Assembly (NCBI GenBank): GCA_963668695.2
Contig: CAXXLQ010000004.1
Location: 3,849,788 to 3,913,787, forward strand
DNA length: 64,000 nucleotides
DNA from: Vicinamibacteria bacterium
Lineage (GTDB): Bacteria > Acidobacteriota > Vicinamibacteria > Marinacidobacterales > Marinacidobacteraceae
Direction of reading: 5' to 3'
The position numbers and the translations under genes were made by a program. Below, piece after piece: positions 31,621 through 41,745 of the stretch (positions are counted from its first letter, which is position 1; each line of letters opens with the position of its first letter). The notes beneath the pieces were generated by a model. That model was given only the letters and a program-made list of their open reading frames with translations. It was not told the DNA's origin and made no database searches.

Positions 31621-31857
31621 CAGCCTGTGGTGAAACCCGGGTGAGCGCCGAGGCCGGTGAGGCCCAGTTCTCCCGGTGGGGCCAGTTCTCCCGGTGGGGG
31701 CCCGGCTGACAAGGCGCGTGAGGGAGGAGCCCCCACCGGGAGAACTGGCCCGGGTGTATTCCGACCGAAACGCAACGCAGAACGGAGCGAAGCGGAGTGG
31801 TTCAGCCGGGATGGATCGCCGGGCGAACGCCGTCTGGGTTTCATCACAGGCTGTTAA
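31617..31857. mobile_element. MITE copy with three 19-nt inserts
   Basis: TIRs, with TTAA on both sides. Confidence 0.88.
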
Positions 31858-31911
31858 AACCGCATCCCTTTCCCGAGGGGGAAGGGCGCGCGGGGAAACT
31901 ACCCTAACGGG

Positions 31912-32922
31912 GTGTCAGAGGAAAGGCTCCCCGAAGGAAAAATCCCGCCCCGCGTGCTCCGGGAGATGCTTGCGCGTCTCGGAGACGGCGCCGGACTCGA
32001 TCCCGGACCCGCAGCCGGGGAGGACGCGGCGGTGGCGCTGGCGGGGAACGAGCCGCGGCTGGTGCTGGCGGCCGATCCGATCACCTTCCCGAGCGCCGAC
32101 CCCGGCTGGCACGCGGTGATCGTGAACGCCAACGACGTGGCCGCCACCGGAGGCGAATCGCGTTGGTTCCTTTCCCAGGTGCTCGCCCCTCCCGGAACCA
32201 CTGAAGACCGGATCATCGCGATCGCCGACGGGATTCGCCGCGGATGCGACGAAGTAGGGGCGGTGCCCGCCGGCGGCCACACCGAGATCACGTCTGCGGT
32301 CGAGCGAGTCGTGGTCGCGGGAACGATGGTCGGCGTGGCCACCGCCGAGCGCGTCAAACCGACCGCGGGCGCCCGGGAGGGCGACATGCTGGTGGTCACG
32401 AAGGGCGTCGCAATCGAAGCCACCGCCATCGTCGCGACCGAACGGGAGGAAGAAGTGCGGCGAACCTTCGGAGCGGACTTCCAGCGGCGCGCCGCCGGTT
32501 TTCTCGCGGATCCCGGGATCAGCGTCGTGGCGGAGGCCCGGATCGCCGCCGGAATGCTCGAAGTGCACGCGATGCACGACGTCACCGAAGGGGGCATCGC
32601 GACCGCGGTGCGCGAAGTGGCGGAGGCGGCGGAACTCGGAGTCATCATGGCGGAAGCGGAGATTCCGCGCTTTTTGGAATCCAAGCGTCTGATGACCCAC
32701 TTCGGCCTCGACATCCTGGGCGCCATCGGCTCGGGCGCCCTGCTCATCGCCTGCGCCGAGTCGGGAACCGGGGAACTGCTGGAGCGTCTCGAGGAAGCCC
32801 GGATCGGCGCCTTCGTCATCGGGCGTTTCGTCCGGCGCTCCGCCGGGATCCGCCTCGCCCGGGGATCCGTCCGGCGCGATTTGCCGGTCTTCGAGTCCGA
32901 CGAACTCACCCGCCTCGGCTGA
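31912..32922 (+). CDS. AIR synthase-related (HypE/ThiL-like) protein
   Basis: GEDAA, DPITF, VNANDVA, GGHTE and MHDVTEGG motifs. Confidence 0.88.
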   Translation: MSEERLPEGKIPPRVLREMLARLGDGAGLDPGPAAGEDAAVALAGNEPRLVLAADPITFPSADPGWHAVIVNANDVAATGGESRWFLSQVLAPPGTTEDRIIAIADGIRRGCDEVGAVPAGGHTEITSAVERVVVAGTMVGVATAERVKPTAGAREGDMLVVTKGVAIEATAIVATEREEEVRRTFGADFQRRAAGFLADPGISVVAEARIAAGMLEVHAMHDVTEGGIATAVREVAEAAELGVIMAEAEIPRFLESKRLMTHFGLDILGAIGSGALLIACAESGTGELLERLEEARIGAFVIGRFVRRSAGIRLARGSVRRDLPVFESDELTRLG

Positions 32923-32997
32923 GCGTCCGTGGTGGCCGCTGGATGGGACCCGAGGCCCGGGTGCGATGTTTGCGGGCGGCCTCCTAGAATCCACCCG

Positions 32998-33450
32998 ATG
33001 AGACGCCTCCGTACCCGGAGTTCCGGCGCGCCCGGCGTGCTGCTGCTCGCCGGACTCTTGATTTCAGGATGCAGCCCCGGCACCACACCCGGGTTTCCCG
33101 CTCCCGATTTCCAGGCTCCGCTTCAGACACCCTTCGCGCTGCGGGCCGGCGACCTCGGCTACATACAGGGCACGGCCGACTTCCTCTACCTCAGTATTCA
33201 GTCGGTGGGCATCGACAGCCGGTGTCCCCCGGAGTCGAGCTGTGACGAGCCGGGGTTCGTGGAAGTGATCCTGGAACTCGAAACCGCGGAAGCCCAGGGC
33301 TCGGCGGGGATGCGGATTCCACCCAGCGGGGACGCCGTCATCACCTACCGGGGCTTCGAGATCCGGGCCCACGAGGTGCAACCTCCGGGCAGCGCGAGCC
33401 GGATCCCGCCCGCGGACTACTTCTTCCTGATGTCGGTCTCGTTGCGTTAG
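32998..33450 (+). CDS. Hypothetical lipoprotein
   Basis: LISGC lipobox; DSRCP..C motif; TAGAAT 7 nt upstream of the ATG. Confidence 0.7.
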   Translation: MRRLRTRSSGAPGVLLLAGLLISGCSPGTTPGFPAPDFQAPLQTPFALRAGDLGYIQGTADFLYLSIQSVGIDSRCPPESSCDEPGFVEVILELETAEAQGSAGMRIPPSGDAVITYRGFEIRAHEVQPPGSASRIPPADYFFLMSVSLR

Positions 33451-33532
33451 CAGTCCGAACCGGGAATCCCGAACCTAGAATCCCGGCTCGCCCCGAACGG
33501 GACGGAGGAAACGCATGCATCACTACCACGAC

Positions 33533-33719
33533 TCAACAGCCCGTGGCAAAACCCACGCGGCGTTCGACGGGCGATCCATCCCGGCTGAACCGCCCCGCTT
33601 CGCGGGGCTCTGCGTTGCGCTTCGGTCGAAATACGTTCGGTATTCCTCCCTCGCGCGCCTTGTCAGCCGGGCGTCTCTCCCGTCTCGGCGCTCACGCGGG
33701 TTTCACCACGGGCTGTTCA
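33533..33719. mobile_element. MITE copy with no 19-nt insert (empty form, ~186 bp)
   Basis: TIRs acagcccgtggcaaaaccc / gggtttcaccacgggctgt; interior matches other copies minus the inserts. Confidence 0.82.
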
Positions 33720-34795
33720 TGAGAGTTGCCGGAACCGGCATCGCCTGCGCCGCATTCCTGCTGGGAGCGGCGGCGTGCGGGGGAAACGAAATGGAAGAGC
33801 CGGCGGAGACCCAGGAAGCGGTTTCGGAGAACGACGACTTCCCGAACCCGTTCACCGCCGAGGCCATGTGGGGCGAGCTGCCCGGCGACCGCGGCTGGGG
33901 CGCCATCAGCGCGATCTATCCGGCGTTGGACGGCAACATCTGGGCCGCGGAGCGGTGCGGCGCGAACTTCTGCGGCGACCGGCCCGACGTGGACACGATC
34001 GTCCTCTTCAGCCCCGGCGGCGAAGCGCTGAAGAGCTTCGGGGCCGGGCTCATCGCCTGGCCGCACGGGATGTTCGTGGATCACGAGGGGAACGTCTGGG
34101 TCACCGACGCGAAGGGTTTCGTGCCCGACGAGCGGGTGCCGGAGGGTCTCGGCCACTTCGTGATCAAGTTCAGCCCCGAAGGCGAAGTGTTGATGCGGCT
34201 CGGCGAGCCCGGGACGGCGGGGACCGCTGACGGGCAGTTCAACATGCCCTCGGCCGTGCTGGTCGCGCCGAACGGCGAGATCTACGTGGCCGACGGTCAT
34301 AACGCCGGCGGGAACAACCGCATCGTCAAGTTCTCGGCGGACGGCGCGTTCCTCATGAGCTTCGGGGAGACCGGCACCGGACCGGGGCAGTTCCGCGATC
34401 CGCACGCGCTGGCGATGGATTCCATGGGCCGCCTCTTCGTGGGCGACCGGGCGAACAACCGGATCCAGCTCTTCGACCAGGCAGGCAGCTTCATCGAGGA
34501 GTGGCTCCAGTTCGGCCGGCCGAGCGGGATCTTCATCACCGCCGACGACACGATCTACGTCGCGGATTCCGAGTCCACCTCGGAGGCGAATCCGGGCTTC
34601 GGGCGGGGCATCCGCATCGGGAGCGCGGTGGACGGCACGGTGCACACCTACCTGCCGGACGACGTATCCGACCTCGAACCCGGCGCGGAGCCCGTGACCA
34701 GCGGGCCGGAAGGCATCGCGGTGGACGCCCAGGGGAGCGTCTACGGGGGCGAAGTCCGCCAGCAGATGGTCCGGAAGTTCACACGAAGCGAATAG
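33719..34795 (+). CDS. NHL-repeat beta-propeller lipoprotein (peptidyl-alpha-hydroxyglycine lyase-like)
   Basis: AAAC lipobox; WPHG, YVADG, NNRIVKF, GQFRDPH and DRANNRIQ motifs. Confidence 0.88.
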   Translation: MRVAGTGIACAAFLLGAAACGGNEMEEPAETQEAVSENDDFPNPFTAEAMWGELPGDRGWGAISAIYPALDGNIWAAERCGANFCGDRPDVDTIVLFSPGGEALKSFGAGLIAWPHGMFVDHEGNVWVTDAKGFVPDERVPEGLGHFVIKFSPEGEVLMRLGEPGTAGTADGQFNMPSAVLVAPNGEIYVADGHNAGGNNRIVKFSADGAFLMSFGETGTGPGQFRDPHALAMDSMGRLFVGDRANNRIQLFDQAGSFIEEWLQFGRPSGIFITADDTIYVADSESTSEANPGFGRGIRIGSAVDGTVHTYLPDDVSDLEPGAEPVTSGPEGIAVDAQGSVYGGEVRQQMVRKFTRSE

Positions 34796-34833
34796 CGGCC
34801 CGTCGCGCGGGTGTCGCCGCAGTCTCCTTCGAC

Positions 34834-35493
34834 GTGGACGGCACCGACAACGCCGCCAGTTCTCCCGGTGGGGGCCTTCAGACCGGCATCGCCCCGCACC
34901 GCGGGGCGAACTTCGCAGCCGTTTCCTTCGACGTGGACGGCACCCTCTACGCGGACGGCTTTCTGCGGGCCCGGATCGCTCTCGAAGCCATCCGCCGCCT
35001 GAATCCGAGTTCCCTCCGGGATCTCTACCGTTTCGATAAACGCGCCGTTGCCGCCCGCGCCGCCGGGGGAGCACTCGACCCTTCCTGGGCTTCCACGATT
35101 CCCATCCGGCTCGAAGCGGAGGCTCGCCTGCTGCTCCCGGTCATCCGGCGCCTGGGGCCCCGGGCCGGTGCGGCCGATCTCCTGACCCGCCTCCGGCCCC
35201 GCACCCTGATCGCCGTCTCGGACTTCGACGCGGAGGCCAAGCTGGAGGCGCTCGGCCTCCGCCATCACTTCGACCACACCTACGCCGCCGAGCGGTACGG
35301 CGCCCTCAAGCCCGACCCTTTGGTCTTCCGGGCCGCGCTCGCGGATCTCGGAATTGCTCCCTCCACCCTGCTGCATGTCGGAGACCGCCCGGACACCGAC
35401 GGCCTCGCCGCCCGTGCGGCCGGCTGCCGCGCCCTCATCCTGGGCACCGACTTCGCCTCCTTTCGCGGACTCGGGGACCTGCTCGCCCCCTGA
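34834..35493 (+). CDS. HAD-superfamily hydrolase
   Basis: FDVDGTLY, KPDP and HVGDRPDTD motifs; start uncertain because the 5' end is duplicated. Confidence 0.8.
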   Translation: MDGTDNAASSPGGGLQTGIAPHRGANFAAVSFDVDGTLYADGFLRARIALEAIRRLNPSSLRDLYRFDKRAVAARAAGGALDPSWASTIPIRLEAEARLLLPVIRRLGPRAGAADLLTRLRPRTLIAVSDFDAEAKLEALGLRHHFDHTYAAERYGALKPDPLVFRAALADLGIAPSTLLHVGDRPDTDGLAARAAGCRALILGTDFASFRGLGDLLAP

Positions 35494-35720
35494 ATCCGCA
35501 GCGGAGGTCGTCCGCTTGGTCCTTCCGGGCGGTGGTCCGCGACGAAACGTATGATCCGCTGATCGAGACGACGGTAGATGCGCTGGGAAGCGAACCGGAA
35601 AGGTTCCTTCAGACCGGCATCGGGTAGCTCCTCAGCGACCTGTCAAGAATGCACGCCGAGCAAGCAGCCGCGCTCGTGGAACGAGCACTACGAAAAACAG
35701 CCTCCGGGGAGGGGACGTCC

Positions 35721-36864
35721 ATGAAGATCGAGCGCCTGGGGTCAACAGTTCTGGTGGCCTTCGGACTTGCGCTGCTGTCCGCCTGCGCGGACGAGAGTCC
35801 GGGTGGCAGGATGGAGTCGGCGCCGGCGGGGCCGGTGGCCAAGGGCGGCGACGACCGGACCGGCGAGTACGACGCCGTACCCGGCTGGTGGAAGCCCGCG
35901 CCGGGACCATGGGGAGCCCTGGGTCTGGGGACAGGTCTCGGGCGTGGCGGTCGACACCCCGGACCGGGTCATCGTCGGTATCTGGGGCGACCGGGACGCC
36001 GAGGGGCGCGAGCGCGAGGGAAGCACCAACTACGTTGTCGCCGTGGACCGGGACGGCAACATCACCGAGAACTGGTCCCAGTGGGACTCGATCTTCAACA
36101 AGCCTCATCAGCTCTACATCAGCCCCTACGACCCCGAGCGCCACGTGTGGATCGTGGAGCGCGGCGGCGGCAAGAACGTCAACATGCAGATCCTCAAGTT
36201 CTCGAACGACGGGAGCGAGCTGGTGATGCGGCTCGTCGATCCGGATCACCCCACCACCCGGGCGGAGGCGCGCGCCAACCCGCACCCGGGCCCGTACGAG
36301 TACGGCGACCCCGCGGTGATGGCGTTCCTGCCGAGCGGTGACTTTCTGGTGGGCGATGGCTACTGGCACTCGCGCATCATCAAGTACGACGCCGAGGGCG
36401 AGTATCTGATGGAGTGGGGCGAACTCGGGAGCGGGCCGGGCCAGTTCGACCTGGTGCACGGGCTCGCGGTGGACCGGAACCGCCGCGTCTACGTGGGCGA
36501 CCGCGCCAACAACCGCATCCAGATCTTCACCGAGGACGGCGAGTACATCGACGAGTGGCCCGACGTCTCCGACCCCGTCGGCGTCTTCATCGACGAGAGC
36601 GATGCCGTCTGGGTGGTCTCGGCGATCCTGAACCGCATCCTCAAGTTCAACTTGGACGGCGAACTCCAGTACCACCTGGGCGCCTACGGGGGCACGCGGG
36701 GCGGCTTCCCGGGCGGTCTGTCGCGGCCGCATCAGATCGATGTGGACGAGGAGGGCAGCCTCTACATCGCGAGCTGGGACGGGGGCTGGATGGACAAGTT
36801 CATTCCCAAGCCGGACGCGGATCCGAGCAAGCTGGTGGGGAGGAAGCTGGTTCTGGAGAACTAG
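35721..36864 (+). CDS. NHL-repeat lipoprotein, with +1 frameshift at ~35903
   Basis: LLSAC lipobox in one frame; NHL motifs (GDGY, GQFDLVH, DRANNRIQ) in the next frame after ccgggaccat. Confidence 0.8.
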
Positions 36865-36931
36865 CCGGCAACCCGATGCTGATTCCGCTCGCTGGCTGTT
36901 CCTGGGGAGCCCAACACCCTGGAGTACCGTT

Positions 36932-37968
36932 ATGAGTCGCCGAACATCGATCGCAGTGCTGGCCCTCGGGCTCACGCTGCTTTGGCCCGGATCACGCCTC
37001 GCCGCCCAGATCCCAGGCCTCCTGCTGAACGAGGCCGGTGAGGAGATCGTCGCCACCTTCTCGATCGTCGCGCGCGATCCAGGCACGGGAGAGCTGGGAG
37101 TCGCCGTGCAGTCGCGGGCGTTTCGCGCCGGAGCCATCGTTTCGTACGCCAAGGCGGGGGTCGGGGCGATCGCGACCCAGGCGGCGGCCAACCAGACCTA
37201 CGGGCCGCGCGGGCTGGAACTCCTGGAGCTGGGGCTCTCGCCGGACGAGGTGGTCGAGCACCTGACCGGCTCGGATCCGGGGCGTGACCGCCGCCAGCTC
37301 GCCGTCATCGACGACCAGGGCCGGGTCCGGGCCTACACGGGATCGGCAACCAGCGCCTGGGCGGGACACCTCGAGGGCGAGAACTTCTCGGCTCAGGGCA
37401 ACATCCTGGCTGGGGAAGCGGTGGTGCAGGCGATGGCGGAGGCGTTCGAGGCGTCCAGGGTCCGCTCGCACTTCGTCTGATGGACGCCCTCGATGCCGGC
37501 CAGGCCGCCGGGGGCGACGCGCGCGGCAAGCAGGCTGGCGGGGTTTTGGTGGTGAAGCCGATCGGCAACTCCGGCCGGACCACCCGGACCAGCGACCGCT
37601 GGGTGGACGTGCGCGTGGACGACCATGCCGAGCCGTTCAAGGAGCTGCGCCGCCTGGTCAACATGTCGGTCTCGCGAATTCACGCGAGCGAAGCCCGGAC
37701 GCTGGCCGCGGAGGGCCGCTTCGACGAAGCCGTGGCGGCGCAGCAGGAAGCGATCGCGATCGTGCCCGGGGAGGATCAGCTCATCTACGGGCTGGCCCGG
37801 CTGTACGCCCGCGCGGGCGACGCCGCGGGCGCGGTGGCGACGCTCAAGCAAGCCATCGAAATCGACGCGCGCTGGCGAGGGCTGGCGGCGTCACAGGCCG
37901 ACTTCGACAACATCCGCGATAACGCGGAGTTCCAGAAACTGCTCAACTCCAAAGGACCCCTGTCATGA
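36932..37968 (+). CDS. DUF1028 (Ntn-hydrolase-like) protein with C-terminal TPR-like region, frameshift at ~37456
   Basis: TFSIVARD..GVAVQS, ATQA and QGNIL; then AGGDARG and DVRVDDH in the shifted frame. Confidence 0.82.
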
Positions 37969-38461
37969 AATATCGCCGAATCCCGCTGCTGTTCGCCCTG
38001 GCGCTGCTCCCGGGTTGCGCTGCCGACCCGGCCCCCCCGGAGGCGACTGCCCCGGAGTTGCCCAGAATGCCCCAGTTGCCCCGGAGCGGAGCTACATCAA
38101 CTCCCGCTCGGCACAAGACCCCGATGTGCCGCCCTTCAGCGGCGGCGTGATGGTGGGCGACACCTTCTACGTTGCGGGAACGATCGGGCTGGGCCCCGAC
38201 CAGACGGTACCCGAAACCGCCCAGGAGGAGGCTCGCATCGTCCTCACCAACGTGCAAAACACACTGGAGGCGGCCGGGCTGACCATGGACGACCTGGTGT
38301 CGGTTCAGGTCTACTCCTCGGACGTCGCGGATTACGACGCCTTCAACGAGGTCTATCGCACGTTCTTCACCCAGGAGTATCCGGCGAGGGCATATCTGGG
38401 CTCGGGCACGTTGCTCTTCGAAGCGCGGTTCGAGGTGCTGGGGTTCGCGGTCAAGCGATAG
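37965..38461 (+). CDS. RidA/YjgF-family protein with lipoprotein signal, frameshift at ~38030-38070
   Basis: PFS..GDTFYVAG, FNEVY..F..YPAR and ARFEV; LLPGC lipobox in the upstream frame. Confidence 0.78.
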
Positions 38462-38537
38462 GGCCGCTCGGAACACAGTCTCAGATTCGCGGTGCGCGTT
38501 CGCCCGCCTCCGGCGGACGATGCCGACCGGACTCCCC

Positions 38538-38622
38538 CGCGCGCCTTGTCAGCCGGGCGCCTCGCCCCCACCGGGAGAACTGGCCGCTCTCGGCGCTCAC
38601 CCGGGTTCCACCACCGGCTGTT
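38538..38622. mobile_element. Partial MITE (one end) with a 19-nt insert; supplies the GH3 stop codon
   Basis: gcgccttgtcagccggg...gggttccaccaccggctgtt. Confidence 0.7.
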
Positions 38623-40211
38623 CCCCCTCTTCCCAAAGACGCGGGTAGAAGGGCTGGAACTTGAACTGGGAGTCAACGTGGGCTGAGCCTCCACCGGAGG
38701 CGCGCGGAAGGAAGTCCGAGAGCTCAAGGGTTGAGCAGCGGACTCCACCGAGCCGGCGGCTCGCACGCTTGGCGCGGTATTCGAGGTTCTGATTCCCGAG
38801 AAGTTCATCGAGCCGCTCGGGGAGGCCCTCGGGGAGGCCCTCGGGCAGGCCGCCGGGCTCGCGCGACGCCGGGCGGACCGCCGCCAGGTGGTAGCAGGGA
38901 AGCGCATCTCCTCGTGGGTTCGAAGGAAAGAGCGCGAGCCAGAAACGCTTCCGGAGTCCCGGGAACTCGCAGTCCAGCGCCGAGAACGCGCGCTCAACGT
39001 GCCCGGCGGTGAGCTTTTCCCCGGTGAAGGACCAACCCAGGCCTCGCCGGCGGACAAAACGGAGATCCGGATGTCCGCCGACGAAGCGCGCGACCCGAAA
39101 AAGATCCCCGGTCGCGTAGCGCCGGAGGCCGAAACGGTGGCTCACCACCATTTCGTACGTCTCCCCCGGCCGCAGGTCGCTGGCGCCCAAGAGGCTTGCC
39201 TCGGATCCCAGGCTTGCCTCGGATCCCGGCTCGAGGAACTCGTAGAAGACGCCGGGTGCGGCCGGTAGGAACGCCGTCTCTCGCTCCCGGTAGTCGGGAA
39301 CGGTCTCGATCGTCTCGGTGGACATCGAATACATCGGCTCCCGGGTGAAACGCGATGCGGGGAGGCGGCGGTCGAGCCGCTGCAGAAACGGACCCACCGC
39401 GCCTCCGGTCCAGCAGACGTAGGTCGTGACGCCGGGCGCCCAGGCCGTGATCGGCAGTGGCTCGGGACTTTCCGCCACCCGGAGGAGCCGCTTCCGCGAT
39501 CCCATCGAAGCGAGCTTCCGGAGGAGCCGCCAGACGGACGGGTGCAGGCGCTCAGGTTCCCGGACGACCCGCCGAACGAGCGCGGAGGCGCTGCTCCCAA
39601 TCGGCGTCGAGCTCTTCGAAGAACCCGCTCAGCGTGGAGGGGTTCGTTGCGTAGAGGACTCCCGGATTCGACAAGGTGAGGACCAGGAGACGAAGCGCGG
39701 CCGCGCCGTACTGCTCTTTCAGATCCTTAAGCGCCGGATCCGACTGCGCCCGGTAGGGCGCCTGCAGCAGGATGAACCACGGAGGCGCGCGGCGCTCGCT
39801 GACGAGCAACCAGCTCAGCGAGCGATCCGGATCGAGAGCGCCGAAGACGTAGAGGCTGGGACGCCGGATCCGCCGGCGCGCGACGAGGCGAAGCATCCCG
39901 TCCACGAAAACGCCGCGGGTCGCCGAGAGCCGCTGCCGCGGGTACGCGACGCGCTTGGGCTCGCCCGAGGTGCCGGAGGTGAGCGCCACGGGGGCCCCCG
40001 CCCCGTCACCCGAATCCGCGGAAGGCAGTTCCCGGGTGAGCGGCGTCGCGGGGGTGATTCCGAAGCGCCGCCGCAGCCGCCGTTCCCGGAGCGGATGGAT
40101 CGTCAGACGTACGCGGTGGCGAAGGACGGCCGCCCGCCCCGCCAGTCGCAGGACAAGCGCGATCGCTGCGCGTCCGAGGTCATTCGCGAGGCCCCGGGCC
40201 TCGCGGCTCAT
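38597..40211 (-). CDS. GH3-family acyl-adenylate-forming enzyme, frameshift at ~39590
   Basis: LTSGTSGEPK, YSMSTE, FYEFL, GLRRYATGD, TGEKL and N-EY motifs across two frames. Confidence 0.8.
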
Positions 40212-40254
40212 CGGGGTCGAACTCGGGGCCGAACTTGGGCGCCGGTGGACAGAG

Positions 40255-40467
40255 CCAGGCGGCCCAGTTCTCCCGGTGGGGGCTCGGCCGGCGATCCATC
40301 CCGGCTGAGCGCTGCGCCCCACTTCGCTCGTCGTTGCGCATCGGTCGAAATAACCCGGGCCAGTTCTCCCGGTGGGGGCTCCTCCCTCGCGCGCCTCGTC
40401 AGCCGGGCGCCTCGCCCCCACCGGGAGAACTGGCCGGCCTCGGCGCTCACCTTGCTCTGACCACAGG
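40255..40467. mobile_element. MITE copy with degenerate ends and three 19-nt inserts
   Basis: Interior homologous to 10140-10380. Confidence 0.78.
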
Positions 40468-41745
40468 AACCCAGGGCTGTCCGGACCGGACGAACGGCGG
40501 ATCAACCAGGGGGGCCACAAAGGCGGCAGCGATGAAGTCAATGTCTTCCTCGCGGAGGAGGGCCGGGTCCCAGGTGATCGTGACCACGGTCTGGTCGGCC
40601 TGGGACATGGCGGCGAAGTAGAGCGGATGCTGCCGGTGGAGGCAGGCGATCACCTCCATGCCCGAAACGTCCTGGAGCACCGGCTCGTCGTCACCGGGCC
40701 AGTGCTCGAGGTGCGTAAACCCGGCGGTGCCGAAGTCGGCCCACGGCCGGTAGATCCATCGGCGGAGCAGGGGGGCCGCGACAGGAAACAGCGAAGCGGG
40801 AACCGGCAGAGAGGGAACTGCCCACTCTCCCGTCCGTTTCTTCCGGTACACCATCCGGCGAACCGAGCGGCAGCGCTCCAGAAAGGCCCGGCTCTTCACG
40901 ACAGAAACCGGCTCGCGGTGAACCCGGATCCGCGACGCACCGTTCCCGAAGCCTCGGAGGCGATCCTCCCGGACGTTCATCGGCACCCAAAGCCCGATTC
41001 GATTCCCGGACACCCCCTGGTGCTCGTTCCAGGCCGCCAGCGCGTCGAGCGCCGCCGCCAGCAGACAATCGTTCCACCGGAATCCGCCGACCGTCTGGGA
41101 CAGGGAGGCGAGAGGCTCGCGGGGCACGGACACCGTACGCCAGCAGCGGCTCGCCGAAGCAGGCCCGGGACGCGTCGCGAGCGTGGCCGAGGTGCCGGAA
41201 TCCGGGTTGCGACGGGCGCCCTTTGGCGCCTCCATCAGTTTGAGCGACCCGGTCTGGGGGCGCGAGGGCATGGTGTCCAGGCCGCGCGCCATGCGTAGCT
41301 GCCGCTGCACGAACAGCAGCGTGCCGATCAGGTCCGAGGCGGCATGGTGTACCTGAGTGACGAGACTCCAGGAGGGAGGGTCTCCGGTGCCGAGCAGCAT
41401 TTGCCTGAGCGGTGGCCCCTCCTCGAGGGGAAAGGGAATCTCGAGAAACTCCTGGATCCGGGCGACGCGCTCCCCCTCCGGAAAAACCCGGATCGCCAGG
41501 GATGGCGAAGCGCCGGGCCGCGGCTCCCACATCGGTACATCGAACGGCGGCCGGCAGAGCCGGCTCGTGGACACCGGGAACAACTCCCCAGCGCCCTGAG
41601 TCCCGGCGTACAGCGGCCCGAAGTCCGTCACCGCATGCGACGACCGGCCCAGATCGAGCACCAGGGCGTAGTCCAGGGGCCGCTCCGGCGAGTCCGCGAG
41701 CAGACACGCCAGGTCGGGCGTGGCGAGCGGGATGCGTCCGGTCAG
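40447..41745 (-). CDS. Stand-alone condensation/CoA-dependent acyltransferase-fold protein
   Basis: PFPLEEGPPLR..VHHAASD (HHxxxD) and VPMNVR..GFGN. Frame is open back to a CTG overlapping the desaturase stop; alternative start GTG 41661. Confidence 0.75.
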   Translation of the reverse strand: MTGRIPLATPDLACLLADSPERPLDYALVLDLGRSSHAVTDFGPLYAGTQGAGELFPVSTSRLCRPPFDVPMWEPRPGASPSLAIRVFPEGERVARIQEFLEIPFPLEEGPPLRQMLLGTGDPPSWSLVTQVHHAASDLIGTLLFVQRQLRMARGLDTMPSRPQTGSLKLMEAPKGARRNPDSGTSATLATRPGPASASRCWRTVSVPREPLASLSQTVGGFRWNDCLLAAALDALAAWNEHQGVSGNRIGLWVPMNVREDRLRGFGNGASRIRVHREPVSVVKSRAFLERCRSVRRMVYRKKRTGEWAVPSLPVPASLFPVAAPLLRRWIYRPWADFGTAGFTHLEHWPGDDEPVLQDVSGMEVIACLHRQHPLYFAAMSQADQTVVTITWDPALLREEDIDFIAAAFVAPLVDPPFVRSGQPWVPVVRAR

